IMG/VR virus record: IMGVR_UViG_3300025652_000108
Coordinates: 1-52,339 of that record
Strand: one strand, 5' to 3'
Length of the DNA: 52,339 bases
Source: a virus
Lineage: Duplodnaviria; Caudoviricetes
Position 1 is the first letter of the stretch; each line of letters opens with the position of its first letter. Made by a program: the position numbers and the translations under genes. The notes beneath the pieces were generated by a model. It did not search any database, was not told the DNA's origin, and worked only from the letters and a program-made list of their open reading frames with translations. Positions 34,790 through 47,300 of this stretch are shown here, in pieces.

Positions 34790-36943
34790 ATGGAAGAAGA
34801 AATTAAGCTGCCGACTGTAAGGGTCGAGGACGCCACTGACTCACCGGTGACGCAGATCAAGCCCGAGGAGCTGAGGACGCTAGGCCAGCGTTTGAGCAAG
34901 ACGTTCACGCAGTATTCGGCGGATCGCAAGCTCATGGAAGAGAAGTGGATGCGGAACTTGCGGCAGTATCTGGGGATTTATGATCCTGAGATCGAGCGCG
35001 CGCTGGCGGCCAACCGGTCGAAGGCTTACCCGCGCATCACGCGTGTCAAGTGTATTTCGGTGGTCAGCCGTGTGATGAACCTGATGTTCCCCGGTAACGA
35101 GCAGAACTGGGAGCTAAAAGCGTCTCCTAGCCCTGATATGAACCCGATGGACGTGCAGCAGGCGGTGATGGCCGAGATGCAGAAGATGCAAGAGGTTGGT
35201 ATGCAGCCTCAAGTCACGGACGAGATCGTGCGGGCTGCGGTTCAAGAGCTGGCGGCCGCGCGTGCGAAGGACTTGTCAAGGCTTATTGATGACCAGCTGC
35301 AGGAGCTTGGAGGCGATCAGTCAGCTGACTACGTGTCGTTGAACCGCAAAGTGGTGCAGAGCGGGGTCCTGTACGGCCTTGGCATCCTCCGCGGGCCGTT
35401 TGTGCGCGAGCAGGAGCGCACTACTTGGGTCATGGACGAGACGACGGGGCAGCCGGCACCCATGGTGACGATGGACTACAAGCCTCAGTTTGAGTTTTTG
35501 CCTGTCTGGGATTACTACCCTGACATGAGTGCGAAGAATTTGCACGACGGCGATGGCTATTTTGTCCGCCTTGTCATGTCGAAACAGCAGCTGCGTAAGC
35601 TGGCAAGCCGGTCTGACTTCTTCGAGAAGGTCATCAAGCAGTATATCGGTAACAAGCCGCGCGGCAATTACAAAGCCAAGACGTTTGAGACCGAGCTGCG
35701 TACGATGGGTACCAAGGCCAACGTCAACGATGAGACCGCGACCGAGGACGGTAAGTACGAGATTCTGGTGTGGCACGGCCCAGTCAGCGCTAACCGCCTC
35801 ATGGAGGCCGGTGTTGACGTCGCCGATAGCAAGAGAGCGGACGATGTTGACTCTGAGATTTGGCTGCTAGGGGATCACGTCATCAAGGCGGAGATGAACC
35901 CGTGGAAGAAGCTGGGCGTCGATGTGCGCACAGTGCATACGTTCCTGTTTGACGAAGATGATACCAGCCCTGTCGGCAACGGCTTGCCGAACATCATGCG
36001 CGATAGCCAGATGTCGATCTCGGCGGCGACACGTATGCTCTTGGACAATGCCAGCGTGGTCTGCGGCCCGAACCTCGAGGTCAACACAGACCTTGTGCGG
36101 GCCGATCAGGACATTCAGAGTGTGCAACCGTACAAGATTTGGTACCGCGAAGGCGTAGGGGCCGAGGCTGCGCAGCCCGCCGTGCGCAATATCGCGATAG
36201 ACGCACACATGCAGGAGCTCTTGTCGACGATTACGCTGTTTAATCAGTTTGCCGACACGGAGACATTCGTGGGCGCGGCCACCGGTGGCGACATGGAGCG
36301 TGGGTACTCCGAGCCGATGCGGACCGCTGCGGGCGCGTCGATGCTGCGCGGAGATGCGGCACTGCCGTTCAAGGACATCATCCGGAACTTTGACCAGTTT
36401 ACGCGGTCTCTGATTACGGCGTTGGTCATGTTCAACCGGAAATTTAACCCTGACAAGACACCTGAGGGCGATTACAACGTGATTGCTCGCGGTGCGACGA
36501 GCCTGATCGCTAAGGAGATCAGAGGCATACAGGTCGATCAGCTGGCTGCTACCCTAACGCCGGAAGAGCGCATGCACGTAGACCCGCGCAAGCTCGTAGA
36601 AGCACGCCTCGGGGTACGGGACATGAACAACTTGTTGCTGACCGAGGAAGAGGTAAAGCGCCGTCAGGCAGCTGCGCAGCAAGAGCAGCAGCAGAAGCTC
36701 GACCTTGAGCGCGAGACCGCACGGGCGGAAATCCGCAAAACACTCTCTGACGCGATGAAGAACATCGCACAGGGGCAGAAAAATCTGGCAAATGCTGATG
36801 CGACCACGTTGAAGGCCGCCATGCAGATCGTCGAAACAGGACTGGAGCAACTAGATGCCGTCGCCGAGCCAGACATGGGACAACAACAAAGTCCGCAAGC
36901 GGCAGCAGGAATTGCTGCATTCCCTACAAGCCAGATCGGATAG
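34790..36943 (+). CDS. Portal protein
   Basis: 717 aa directly after TerL; G.GILRGP, RDSQ....A.R..LDNA and RTA.GASML motifs of podoviral portals. Confidence 0.85.
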   Translation: MEEEIKLPTVRVEDATDSPVTQIKPEELRTLGQRLSKTFTQYSADRKLMEEKWMRNLRQYLGIYDPEIERALAANRSKAYPRITRVKCISVVSRVMNLMFPGNEQNWELKASPSPDMNPMDVQQAVMAEMQKMQEVGMQPQVTDEIVRAAVQELAAARAKDLSRLIDDQLQELGGDQSADYVSLNRKVVQSGVLYGLGILRGPFVREQERTTWVMDETTGQPAPMVTMDYKPQFEFLPVWDYYPDMSAKNLHDGDGYFVRLVMSKQQLRKLASRSDFFEKVIKQYIGNKPRGNYKAKTFETELRTMGTKANVNDETATEDGKYEILVWHGPVSANRLMEAGVDVADSKRADDVDSEIWLLGDHVIKAEMNPWKKLGVDVRTVHTFLFDEDDTSPVGNGLPNIMRDSQMSISAATRMLLDNASVVCGPNLEVNTDLVRADQDIQSVQPYKIWYREGVGAEAAQPAVRNIAIDAHMQELLSTITLFNQFADTETFVGAATGGDMERGYSEPMRTAAGASMLRGDAALPFKDIIRNFDQFTRSLITALVMFNRKFNPDKTPEGDYNVIARGATSLIAKEIRGIQVDQLAATLTPEERMHVDPRKLVEARLGVRDMNNLLLTEEEVKRRQAAAQQEQQQKLDLERETARAEIRKTLSDAMKNIAQGQKNLANADATTLKAAMQIVETGLEQLDAVAEPDMGQQQSPQAAAGIAAFPTSQIG

Positions 36944-37115
36944 CGCGGAGCTAGCACAAGTCACTGAGCTAGTGGGCTTGCTATTAGAAGAGTCTAAGCG
37001 TAACCTTGTAAAATGTGATACGTCAGACTTTATGTTGATACAGGGTGAAGCCCGTGCAATGGATAAGTTGCTTCGGCGATTTGCGCGGCCCCTGACTACC
37101 TATTCGGAGGATTAA
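36855..37115 (+). CDS. Small conserved protein between portal and scaffold
   Basis: L......IQGEARA...LL pattern typical of this position; start uncertain because it overlaps the portal end. Confidence 0.5.
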   Translation: MPSPSQTWDNNKVRKRQQELLHSLQARSDSAELAQVTELVGLLLEESKRNLVKCDTSDFMLIQGEARAMDKLLRRFARPLTTYSED

Positions 37116-37117
37116 AA

Positions 37118-38056
37118 ATGGACGGCCAAAACGTAGACACCAGTGAGTCAAACTTTGACGACGCGTTTGCGGAGCTTTCGGCGCTGCTGGAGGACGAAAC
37201 GGATGACGACGCCATCCCTGCACCAAATGCAGAGGCGGAAGAAGTCACTGAGGAAACACCGGACGAGGCACCAGAAGATGTAGACGCGTCTGAGGGTGAG
37301 CTTGCGGAAGAAGCGGAGGGCGAGGCAAAGCCTGAAGAAGAGTCTGCGCCTGTACCGGAGCCGGAGGCAGAGACAAAGGCAGAGGCAGAGGATGCCCCGG
37401 CCGCTGTGAAGCCGCCTGAGTCGCAGGAGGACATGCTGAAGCGCTTGGCTGACATGTTGGCCGAGACGAAGCAGAGCGCACCCCCAGCGCAGGCCCCTGC
37501 GGCTTCCGCAGAAGAAGAGCAGATTTACTCGGCCGAGGAATCTAAGTTTCTCGCCTCATACGAGGAAGAGTGGGGCGACGTATCCAAGGCTGAGGCGCTC
37601 AAACGCCGCGCGGAGTACCGGCATCTCGTCGATTACGTCTTCAACGAGGTGTCACAGCAGTTGGCTCCCATAGCCCAAAACTTGCATGTCGTGTCGGAGC
37701 GGGCGCATCTGCAGGATTTGCAGAGCACCGTGGGCGATTACGACGTTGTGCGCGATCAGGTTGTGGATTGGGTTGGACAACAACCAACGTATTTGCAGGA
37801 TGCATATAAACGTGTTATTACTAACGGAACGGTTGATGAGGTCGCTGACCTGATTGAGCGTTATAAGCGTGAGTCGGGTGTAAGGGCTGCCCAGCCTGAG
37901 CCGATGGCTCGCAAAAAGGAAACTGAGCTGCCTGCGACCACCAAAAAAGCGGCTGCATCGCTTGCCCCAGTCAGTTCCAAGAGATCGGTTGTGCCGCAGG
38001 GTGAGGACCCTACAGACTTTGAGTCCGCGTTTGCGGCTTTTGCCGGTAAACTTTGA
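37118..38056 (+). CDS. Capsid scaffolding protein
   Basis: Very acidic N-terminus, FESAF C-terminus, immediately before the capsid gene; GGAGG RBS. Confidence 0.75.
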   Translation: MDGQNVDTSESNFDDAFAELSALLEDETDDDAIPAPNAEAEEVTEETPDEAPEDVDASEGELAEEAEGEAKPEEESAPVPEPEAETKAEAEDAPAAVKPPESQEDMLKRLADMLAETKQSAPPAQAPAASAEEEQIYSAEESKFLASYEEEWGDVSKAEALKRRAEYRHLVDYVFNEVSQQLAPIAQNLHVVSERAHLQDLQSTVGDYDVVRDQVVDWVGQQPTYLQDAYKRVITNGTVDEVADLIERYKRESGVRAAQPEPMARKKETELPATTKKAAASLAPVSSKRSVVPQGEDPTDFESAFAAFAGKL

Positions 38057-38076
38057 GCTATAGGAGCTAGATAGCT

Positions 38077-39117
38077 ATGACTACTACGACATACGGAGAC
38101 ATCTCCCCAGCCGTCGCCGCGTACTCTGTTGTACGCATGCTGAAGCGGGCCACCCCCTACCTTCAGCTGGAGAAGTTCGGCCAGACTTATGTTCTGCCAA
38201 CAAACTCGACACAGACAGCCAAGTTCCGCCGTTACTTTATGACTGGCGCAACCGGTTCTGCAGGTACAGGTACAGGTGATTTCAACATCCCCTTGGCCAC
38301 AACAGCGCTTACCGAGGGTGTCACACCTACCGGTTCGACTCTGTCCAACGCTGACTACACTGTGACACTGGGACAGTACGGTGATTACATCGAGATCACT
38401 GACGTCATCATGGACACACACACCGATAACGTCCTGCAGCAGGCCACCGACATCCTTGGTGAGCAGGCGGCTGTGACTGTCGAGACACTGCGTTTCAACG
38501 TGCTGAAGGCCGGTACCAACGTGTACTACGGTGACAATGCGGCGAACCGTGCAGCTATTGACACTGCGATCACATTGGCTGACCAGCGTCGCGTAACAAC
38601 TGGCCTTAACCGCCAGAATGCGAAGAAGATTTCGCAGGTTGTTGCATCGACGCCTGATTTCAACACCAAGTCCGTTGAAGCAGCGTACATGGCTGTTTGC
38701 CACCCAGACCTCGAGACTGACATTCGTACGATGGCTGGCTTCAAGTCAGTTGCTGACTACGGTCCGCACACCACACCGTTCGAAGGTGAGATCGGCTCTG
38801 TTGAGCAGGTTCGCTACATGTGCAGCACAGTCATTTCGGCTTTCGCCGATGCGGGCGGTACGGCAGCAACCAACGGTTTGCGCAGCACCACCGGCACTAG
38901 CGCCGACGTCTACCCTGTGCTTTTCTTCGGCCGCGACGCCTTCGGCATCGTACCCCTGAAGGGCAAGTCAGCGATGACACCGATGGTTGTGAACCCGAAG
39001 CCTGCTGCATCTGACCCACTCGGTCAGCGCGGTACAGTTGGCTGGAAGCTGTACACATCCACCGTGATCTTGCAGGAAGCCTTCATGGCCCGCCTCGAGG
39101 TAGGTTCGACTGCTTAA
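38077..39117 (+). CDS. Major capsid protein, N4-gp56 family
   Basis: YGDISP, LTEGVTP, QYGD, GEIG.V..VR and DPLGQRG.VGWK motifs. Confidence 0.9.
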   Translation: MTTTTYGDISPAVAAYSVVRMLKRATPYLQLEKFGQTYVLPTNSTQTAKFRRYFMTGATGSAGTGTGDFNIPLATTALTEGVTPTGSTLSNADYTVTLGQYGDYIEITDVIMDTHTDNVLQQATDILGEQAAVTVETLRFNVLKAGTNVYYGDNAANRAAIDTAITLADQRRVTTGLNRQNAKKISQVVASTPDFNTKSVEAAYMAVCHPDLETDIRTMAGFKSVADYGPHTTPFEGEIGSVEQVRYMCSTVISAFADAGGTAATNGLRSTTGTSADVYPVLFFGRDAFGIVPLKGKSAMTPMVVNPKPAASDPLGQRGTVGWKLYTSTVILQEAFMARLEVGSTA

Positions 39118-39136
39118 TCACTGATAAGTGATTGAC

Positions 39137-39160
39137 TGAGAGGGGCTTCGGCCCCTCTCA
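39137..39160 (+). terminator. Hairpin after the capsid gene
   Basis: tgagaggggc-ttcg-gcccctctca, 10-bp stem with cUUCGg loop; weak U-tract. Confidence 0.65.
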
Positions 39161-39181
39161 ACCTGAATATAGGAGCGCGGT

Positions 39182-39424
39182 ATGTCGCAGACGGTAGTTA
39201 AGATTGAGCGGGCCATGAACGGCTTTGAGGTCGAGATGTGCGACCCTGCGATTAAGGCCACGAACAACATGGACGGGCCATATCGCGACCCGTATGTGTC
39301 CTACGTTTTCAAGACCAGCGCCGAGGTGCTGGCTTTCTTGGAAGAGAACCTCGACAAAGCGGTTCCGATGGACGAGTACGAAACCACGTTTAACGAAGCT
39401 GCAACGGAGGAAACCGATGGCTGA
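39182..39424 (+). CDS. Hypothetical protein
   Basis: AGGAG RBS; KIER..NGF.V motif. Confidence 0.55.
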   Translation: MSQTVVKIERAMNGFEVEMCDPAIKATNNMDGPYRDPYVSYVFKTSAEVLAFLEENLDKAVPMDEYETTFNEAATEETDG

Positions 39425-39758
39425 GAACGAAGAACTGGGTGTGGCAGATGCTGCAGAAGCGGAACTGGTCGAGGCACCGAAGCCCCGCCGCGCCGCGAAA
39501 AAACCAAAAGCGAAGACTGTACGGTCTGACTACGTAGATATTATGCTCGAGGAAAACGAGGAAATTCCACCAACTGGTCTCTTTATCGGGATTAACGGTC
39601 GGTCTTATCTTCTGCAGCCGGGCTCAAAGGTAGCCGTACCGCAGGGAATCATTGACGTGCTGGATAATGCCATCATGTCTTCCCCGAAAATTGACCCGTC
39701 CACCAAGCGTGTGGTAGGGTACAAGGAGCGTCTGCGGTATCCGTACCGGCGCATGTAA
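39417..39758 (+). CDS. Conserved post-capsid virion protein
   Basis: Start refined to MAENEE (GGAGG RBS); G.NG..Y....G..V.VP....VL.NA...RYPY motif. Confidence 0.6.
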   Translation: MAENEELGVADAAEAELVEAPKPRRAAKKPKAKTVRSDYVDIMLEENEEIPPTGLFIGINGRSYLLQPGSKVAVPQGIIDVLDNAIMSSPKIDPSTKRVVGYKERLRYPYRRM

Positions 39759-39773
39759 CACGAGGTACGTGAG

Positions 39774-40538
39774 ATGCAACTGAGTGAGCTGCTTTCGGAG
39801 CTGCGGGAAAACATCCTACATGATCGCAGCAACAGGACAGCTGGCGACTCAGACCTCATGTGGTCGGATACGACCTTAATTCGCTACATTAACGAGGCTC
39901 AGCGACGTCTTGCACGTCAGGGCCTCGTTATCCGCGACGGCACGACACCGGAGGTTACGCGCGTAACCCTACGTGAAGGCCAAGAGATGTACCCTCTACA
40001 TGGTTCTATCATGGCGGTTATTTCCGCAAAACTTGACGGCGATAATGCCGATCTTACGCGCTCAGGTCACACAGGGTTTGACGCCTATCGCTCACCGAGC
40101 GACGGGTATTTTGCCACAGTACCACTTAGTGACAAATCCGGTAAGCCACTGGCGTATAGCACCGATGAGTACCTCAGCGAGTCGTTCGAGGACTCGACAA
40201 TGAGTGCTGCGACGATGCGCGTGTACCCAAAGCCGTCGGCAGAGTACGCAGGGCAGGTTATCAATCTGCGGGTCGTACGCTTGCCGATCAATAAGCTCTC
40301 GCTAAACCAGTGCGAGATACCGGAGGTCCCTGAGGATCACCACCTAGAGATGCTGGACTGGGCTGCGTACCTAGCGCTGCGTATCGTCGACGCGGATGCG
40401 GGCGACCCTATGCGCGCAAACGAATTCCGGGCTTCGTTTGAAGCCCACGCCATAGCGGCACGAAAATTAGCCATGCGTAAGATGTTTGCCCCGCAAAAGT
40501 GGGGCTTTGGTCGCAACGGCTTTAGCTGGGAGATGTAA
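39774..40538 (+). CDS. Head-tail adaptor/connector
   Basis: LWSD..L.RYINEAQ, VYP.P and PEVP..HH...LDWA motifs. Confidence 0.7.
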   Translation: MQLSELLSELRENILHDRSNRTAGDSDLMWSDTTLIRYINEAQRRLARQGLVIRDGTTPEVTRVTLREGQEMYPLHGSIMAVISAKLDGDNADLTRSGHTGFDAYRSPSDGYFATVPLSDKSGKPLAYSTDEYLSESFEDSTMSAATMRVYPKPSAEYAGQVINLRVVRLPINKLSLNQCEIPEVPEDHHLEMLDWAAYLALRIVDADAGDPMRANEFRASFEAHAIAARKLAMRKMFAPQKWGFGRNGFSWEM

Positions 40539-40539
40539 G

Positions 40540-41331
40540 ATGGCTGAATTAGACCGTATAAGTGAAGCCCAAGAGGCCGGTGAGCGATTCCGCAATCAGA
40601 TTAGACTACCTTTCGCACCGGGTACGCCTGAGGGGATCGTACTAGATCGTGCGGCGGGTGCTACATCCGCGCTGGGCCGCGGTGCCTACGGACTGGTTGC
40701 CGATCTTGCGGGTGGCACCGCGGCCGCACTTGGGCTGCCCAGTTTAGCTGCAGACCTCGAGCAAAAATCTGACAGAAATTATAACATAGCACTGGATCAG
40801 TTTCAGGGTGGGTACTCCGCGGGCGCAAACCGGCCAGCAGCAGAATTCGATGTAGAGCCGGCGGACTTTTTCCCGGGAGCGACAGCGACCGCGCCACGGG
40901 AGAGCCCGCGGCCGCAAGCTCGGCCGGCGATTACACCTGACATGGTACGTGAGATGCTGGGCTCTACTCCGCTGAGCATGGGCCAACCCGTCACGCAGGC
41001 GGCACGTCCGCAGGCGGCACGTCCGCAGTCGGTGATTACGAGCGGTGCGCTACGGCGTGGCGGTCCCGGTGTACAGCAGGCGTTGGCTGGATCACAGGCT
41101 CAAGAACTGGAGCGGTTGCGTCAAACGGCACCGGGCTCACCACCATCGGGCACTGACATGCTCGCTCAGTTGCGGGCACAGGCGGCACAAGAGATTTTGT
41201 CGACTCAGCTCGCGGCCGCTAAGGAAAAGGGTACACTCACAGATGAGCTGCTAACTGATCTGTATCGCGGGTACCTTGCGGACATCGGCAGCGAAGACTT
41301 TTTCCTCCGGTCCATGATGGATAACAAATAA
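40540..41331 (+). CDS. Putative internal virion protein
   Basis: Start refined to MAELDR; Ala/Gly/Pro-rich; precedes the giant ejection gene. Confidence 0.5.
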   Translation: MAELDRISEAQEAGERFRNQIRLPFAPGTPEGIVLDRAAGATSALGRGAYGLVADLAGGTAAALGLPSLAADLEQKSDRNYNIALDQFQGGYSAGANRPAAEFDVEPADFFPGATATAPRESPRPQARPAITPDMVREMLGSTPLSMGQPVTQAARPQAARPQSVITSGALRRGGPGVQQALAGSQAQELERLRQTAPGSPPSGTDMLAQLRAQAAQEILSTQLAAAKEKGTLTDELLTDLYRGYLADIGSEDFFLRSMMDNK

Positions 41332-41342
41332 AGGCGGCGTTA

Positions 41343-44300
41343 ATGGCTGACCCCCTCGATTTTTTGCGTAGTGATAATGCGCCACGGTTTGAGCCTTACC
41401 GTGGTCCGCTTGCTGCCCCGTCGTCTGTGCGAGCCTCGGACGATCGTCCGGGTGTCGTTGGAGGGGGTCTTCGCGCGGGCTTTAATGAGCTGCAGGGTCT
41501 AGGGGGTGCTGCGGTTTCTGCCGTAGGTAAGTTGACCGGAGCTCAAGGGCTTGAGCAGTGGGGTGCCACTACCGCGGCCAAGAATTTCGGTGAGGCGCAG
41601 CAATTTGGTCGTCCGGACCTCGAGGTTGCCCCTTGGCGCGAGGGCGGTGCGTCTGTTCTTCCGTGGCTCGGTTATCAGATTTCAAAACAGGTGCCCACTC
41701 TTGTCGGTACTCTCGCTGCGACCGCAGCGACGGGGGGTGTCGGGGCTTTAGCCGCCCCTGCGGCCGCAGGTGCGGGCCGTGCGGCAGCCGCTCAAGCCCT
41801 TAGAGCCGGGGCGACTCGCTCAGCGGCGCAGTCTGCTGCGCGACGGGCTGTTGTTGGGTCGGCAGTGCGGCGTACGTCGGGTGGTCTCGCTTTCGGGTCA
41901 GGTATCGGGCTCGGCTCGATGTATAACGAGGCGCTTGAGCGAGGTGATCCGACCCGTGCGGATGCCTTAAAGGCCGTAGCCTTGGCTCCCCTGTACGGTG
42001 CGACAGAACTGGTGCCTGATTTGCTACTGGGTAAAGTTCTGGCTCAAGGCGCAAAGACAGTCGGTCGTTCGGCAACGCGCGCGGGTATCACGGCGGCGGC
42101 GCAGCGTGTCGCGACAGGGACAGCACTCGGTGCAGCAACTGAAGCCCCCACAGAGGCGCTCCAGACTGTACTCGAAAATTCGTTCCGGCCAGACTTATCG
42201 CAGGAAGAAAAATCTCGCCGTATCGTTGATGCTGCGCTGACTGGTGCGGCCGTGGGTGGTTCTCTGCGCGGTGCGGCAAGTATTCGCCCCCTCAGGGAGA
42301 AGAGCCCACAGGACATCACCGACGATGAAATCTCGCAGTCGGTCGACGGCAGCTTGCAGCCTGCGGCTCAGACCGCACCCGCCGAAGTTACCGGTGAGCA
42401 GCTGGTGGAGCAGGCGCTGGCCCGTGAGGCGCAACCCGACGTCCAGCCGGTGGTTGGCCCGCAACAGGCCGAGCAGCCGGAGATGTTTTCGCGTCCAGAA
42501 ATGCCGGAAGCCCCACGGCCGTTTGCAGACTACACGCCGGAGCAACTGGAGTTTACCGCCCAAGCTACACTGGAGCGGCAAGGGCAGCCTGACGTCCCGC
42601 AGCAAGAGCGAGAGCAAGCGCAGCAAATATTGGGTCTGATACGCGACGAGGTGGCGTTGCGGCAGGAGGAGCAGGCTGCGCAGACCCCTGAGGTGCCGGT
42701 TACTGAGGTGGGCGAAGGCCCGACGTTGTTTGAGCCGGAGCAGGTACCGCAAGGCACACCTGCGCAGATCGCGGAGCAGCGCGCAGTTCAAGAAGCCCAG
42801 ATTGCTGAGGAGCAGGCTGCGCGTGAGGCCCCGGAGATCGCGGCGCGTGAAGAGGCGCGCTTGATCGAGGATGCTGCGCTTGGGATTGCGAACCGTGGTA
42901 CGGTAAATCAGCGTCAGACAGGGTTGGCCGTCAACGATCAGGGGCAGGCTACCGTCTCGCCACGTGCGGACACCCGGATTACGAAAGCGGCGGCTGAGCG
43001 AGATCGCGTGCGGCGACAGTACCGCGACCTAGAAACCCTAAACCCGCAGCAGCAGGCGCGTCTCGAGCGCGTGGAGTCAAGTGTCCGTGACCTAAATGCT
43101 GAGAGAACAGTGCTGCAAGCGCGGGCGGATCAGGTCAATAACTTGCTTGGGCAGGGTGAGGAGACGATAAATGCCATTCAAGAGCAGCGCGCAGCGCAAG
43201 TGGATGTACGCCAACCTGCCGAAGTTAGCGCAGAAATTCCAAGCGAAGACGCCGGCCGGCGCCAAGTTACCCCCGAAGAAATCCTCGACCAAGCGGAAAT
43301 CCCGCGCGTAGTTTACCGTGGGGGCGGGCAGGCGACGTTTTCGGATCAGCCACCGGCCGATACAGAGATTAGCGTGCGTGGTGGTGAGGCAGGCACTAGC
43401 ATACCGTATGGCGACCTGACAAACCTGAGCGCAGTCACTAAAGCCGTTAGGGCTGTAGGATTGGGGCCGGCCGAGGCGCGCGCAAACGCCCAAGCCATCG
43501 TCAACGCGGTAAAAGAAAACGGTGTTGAAGCGATTTCCGATTTTAATACGCCAGCGCTAAACATGCGAATCAGCGATCCAAATTTTCGCGCGGAAGCGGT
43601 TCCGTCGATCGAGCAAGTCGTCAAAGTTGACCGGAGTTTTCTGACACCAGACCGGCAGGATGTGCGGCAGCCTAGTGTGCAGCAGGATTTGGCCAACGAG
43701 GGCTTTCGTTTCGCGCAAGTGACGACTCCGCAGGGCGACCGCTTCGTTGAACTACCACAGCCTACGGGCGCGTTTCGCATCACCGGTGAGCAGCCAGCGC
43801 CAACACCAGAGCGGACGCAGCAAGCGCAAGCACGGCTGGCGCAAACACCGTTGGATCGGCCACAATACACTATTCCGCCCGCGTCGAAAGTTACGCCGGC
43901 GGAGGTCAAGCAACCTGTGCCGTTTAACCAGCCCGGTCCGGGTGTGACGGACATCCCGGCGGCCCCAAGTTTTAAGGCTGACGGCACCCAGAAGACGATG
44001 GCCGACGTTCGCGCGGAGGCTGCGGAAAACCCGTCGTCGGTTTACAACGCCATGGAGACGGACCCGGGCACGAAGGTTGACGTACCGAATTCACCCCAGA
44101 AAGACGCAGACGCTTTGAAAACGGTGGGCGAGAAGATCGAGGAGGGCGTTCGCCGTTTGGGCCGGACGTCGTTAGAGCGGCTGCACCCTACGCTACAGGA
44201 TTTCGTACTTTACGCGCAGGACAAGAGGTCAATTATCCGTCAAGCCAAAGGGTTGTTCCCCTCCGGCGGCCTTGAACAACTGCAAGAAGCGGGGGATGTA

Positions 44301-47300
44301 CGGGCCAACTTGGAAAATCACATCGCACGTGTATTTAACGCGACTGTCGAAGCATATAAGGCCCTCAAACCAGAGACTCAGGACCTGATCGGCAAGACGA
44401 TGCAGTATAACATCGCCGACATCAATTACCAGTTGTCATGGGACCAGCATACATGGCTGCAGGACGACCCGAATGCGGCCGATCTGCGTAAGGTCGTCAA
44501 CGAGGCAAACGCTGATTATCGGCGGCTAAAGCAGAAAGAGGGTGGGCGCGGCGCAAGGGTGTTGAATTCGTTCGCAGATGCCAACCGAACGATTGCACTT
44601 GGGTATCAGGCATCTGCGCTACATCAGATGATCCTGCGCGATGCGGCTGTCGGAGATGTGGCAGCTGCGAAACGGCGCATTGGTGAAGACCCAATATTTG
44701 AGCTCGTATCGCGCAAACGCCTAGCTGACCCACGTAAGATGGTTCCGTATTTAGAAAAGCGTCGAGATGAGCTCCTACAAAAAGCTGAGCAGGTATCAGC
44801 GCGTCGACGTGCGGATTCCGCAACGAACAACACACCGCTGACGTCCGTTACGAGCGAGCTAGAGCAGTTTATTCAGGAGCTCAAACCGCGGCTCGCCACA
44901 GAGGGGAATGTGCAGTATTTCCACGCGGGTCGCGTCGGAGATCACCGCCTCGGCTTCCGCATTCGCACGACCGAAACGGCGGACGGTCGGAGGGTTATTG
45001 ACCCGGTGGCGCGGGACGCAGTCGCGAAGGCGTACGCAGACGCCGACATTACCGCACCGGTGTTCGGGGGTCCAGCGGAGCCGAGTGTCGGTGCAAGCCC
45101 AACGACGAATAACACGTTTATGAAGTTTGAGACTCAGCGGGAGCAAGTCAAAGCGGAGCAGGTTGCGCGCCGTCTAATGGCTGACGGTGTACTAGAGTCG
45201 GACAGCGAGATCGCGGTCGGCTTCGACATGGATGGGGCGTTTAGTCCAGAGGAAGCCAGCCGGTGGTCTGCGGGTCTGACGGATTATATCAAGGCGAATA
45301 TGCTGCCCACAGCTGAGGAGGCGTCGACCATGTCCGCGACGCAGCTGGAGGCGGTTCGACGCGACGTGAATCTACACACCGGCCAAGTTCACCGTTATTT
45401 CTTGAACTCTCTACCTGTGTCTGCAGCTGTCAAACTTGAGCAGCGTCGCCGGGCAGTTGATGGTTATCAGCGCGATATGTTTCGCTCGTATGCTCATCGT
45501 GCGTTGGCTGGCGCACGAGGCATGGCCTCTTCGGGTACGGCGTACCAGCGCATGGAGGCCAATAACGCTATGGCGGCCGATATTCGTGACCTTGGCACGA
45601 TCTCTACGGCGGCAGGCGATGTGGCGAGTCCTCGTGCGAACGCGGCGCAAAAAGTTAAAAACGAGTTTGTTAAGCGGGAGGCTCAGCGCGCGGCTCGCGA
45701 AGAGATGCCGCTACTCGGTAAAGTTCGTGCCGTAAACCATGTGTTTTACCTCGGCCTGTCACCAGCGTACATGCTTTTGACGACGCTACAGGTACCGATT
45801 GTGGCGCTCCCGAAAATTGGTGCGGTGTATGGGTACGCCAAAACTGTAAACCAGCTGTCTACCGCTGTCCCTCTCGCGGGGCGCGTAGTGCGGGCCATGG
45901 TTAAGAACACAAACTTCGGTGAGGCGGGGTTTGCCACGCTTAACGAGCAATCCTTGCGCAACGAGGGTGTGACGGACCCAGCGGACATCCAGATGATTAT
46001 GGACCTGATGGACACTATGGCCATCGACATCGGCGCTCAGATTCGAGAGCTGGGCTCCGTAGCTTCCAACCAGCTGGAGAACGGCTTCGATAAAACGCTG
46101 CGTGTGGCCGGGGCCGCCGGCTTCTATAGCGAGGTGGCCGCACGTCTCACAACGGGTGTCGCGACTCACCGAATGGCACGAGAGCGCGGTATGACCGGTC
46201 AAGCGCTGATTCGTGAGGTGCGCGATAAGATTCACACCACGATGTTCGACTTCACACAGGAGAACGTAGGTCGCGCGACGGGGACAGAGGGCATCTTGGG
46301 GCGGGCTACTCCGCTGGCCGCGGCGTTCCAGCAATATAACTACCAGCTGCTATCCATGCTCTATACTGAGACGACCAACGCACTTCGTCTTAGCGATGCT
46401 ACTCCGGCCGAGGTGACGCAGGCTCGTAAGTTCTTGGCATGGCATGCAGGTATGGTGACGGCGCTCGCCGGAAGCATGGGCCTACCGTTTGCTGCGGTAA
46501 TTTCGCGGATCGCCGAGGAGGGTATGAACGCCCTGCGAGGGGATGAGGAGGAACCCATCAACATGGACCTGCTGTACCGCAACATGCTGGCGGATACGTT
46601 TGGCGCAGATGTAGGTGAGGTGCTGGCTCGTGGTCTGCCACGGGCGTTCGGCTTTGACCTGTCTACGCGGGTTGGGGAACAGCACGTCCTACCATTCAGC
46701 AAGTTCATTGAGGACCGCCGCGCGATTAAGGACGCGTTCCCCGACATGGCAGCACGGGCGTTCGGCGCTCCGGTTGGTATTCTGGTGGGTGGTGGCACGG
46801 CCGCAGAACGGATGGCGGATGGTGACTTACTAGGAGCCATGAAAGAGTCGTTGCCCATTGCCCTGCGTAACGTCGTGAAGGCGCTAGATATGGCAGATGG
46901 CGACTACACAAACACCAGTGGGCGTACGCTGCCGATCTCGCCTACAGGGCTCGACATCATGTACCAAGGTCTAGGTCTGTCACCGCAGCAGCGATCGGAG
47001 TATAACGAGTTTAACAACTACGAGCGCATTTTGACCGGTAAGGCGCAGCAGCGTAAACAGCTGATTACACGCCAGATCACGGCCGCGGTCCGAACAGGTG
47101 ATCGTGAGCTGCTGGGCGAGTGGCTCGACCGAGCCGGCGACTGGGATCAAAACAACCCGGGCAACCGGATTATGCCTACTCTGACTCGGACGGTAAAATC
47201 GCGTCTGCGGGGTGAGGCGGAGGCCGACGTCTTGAACGTGCCGTTGAACGCACGGACCAGCGATCCCGCGCTATTCGAGCGCCTTCGCGGCGCAAACTTC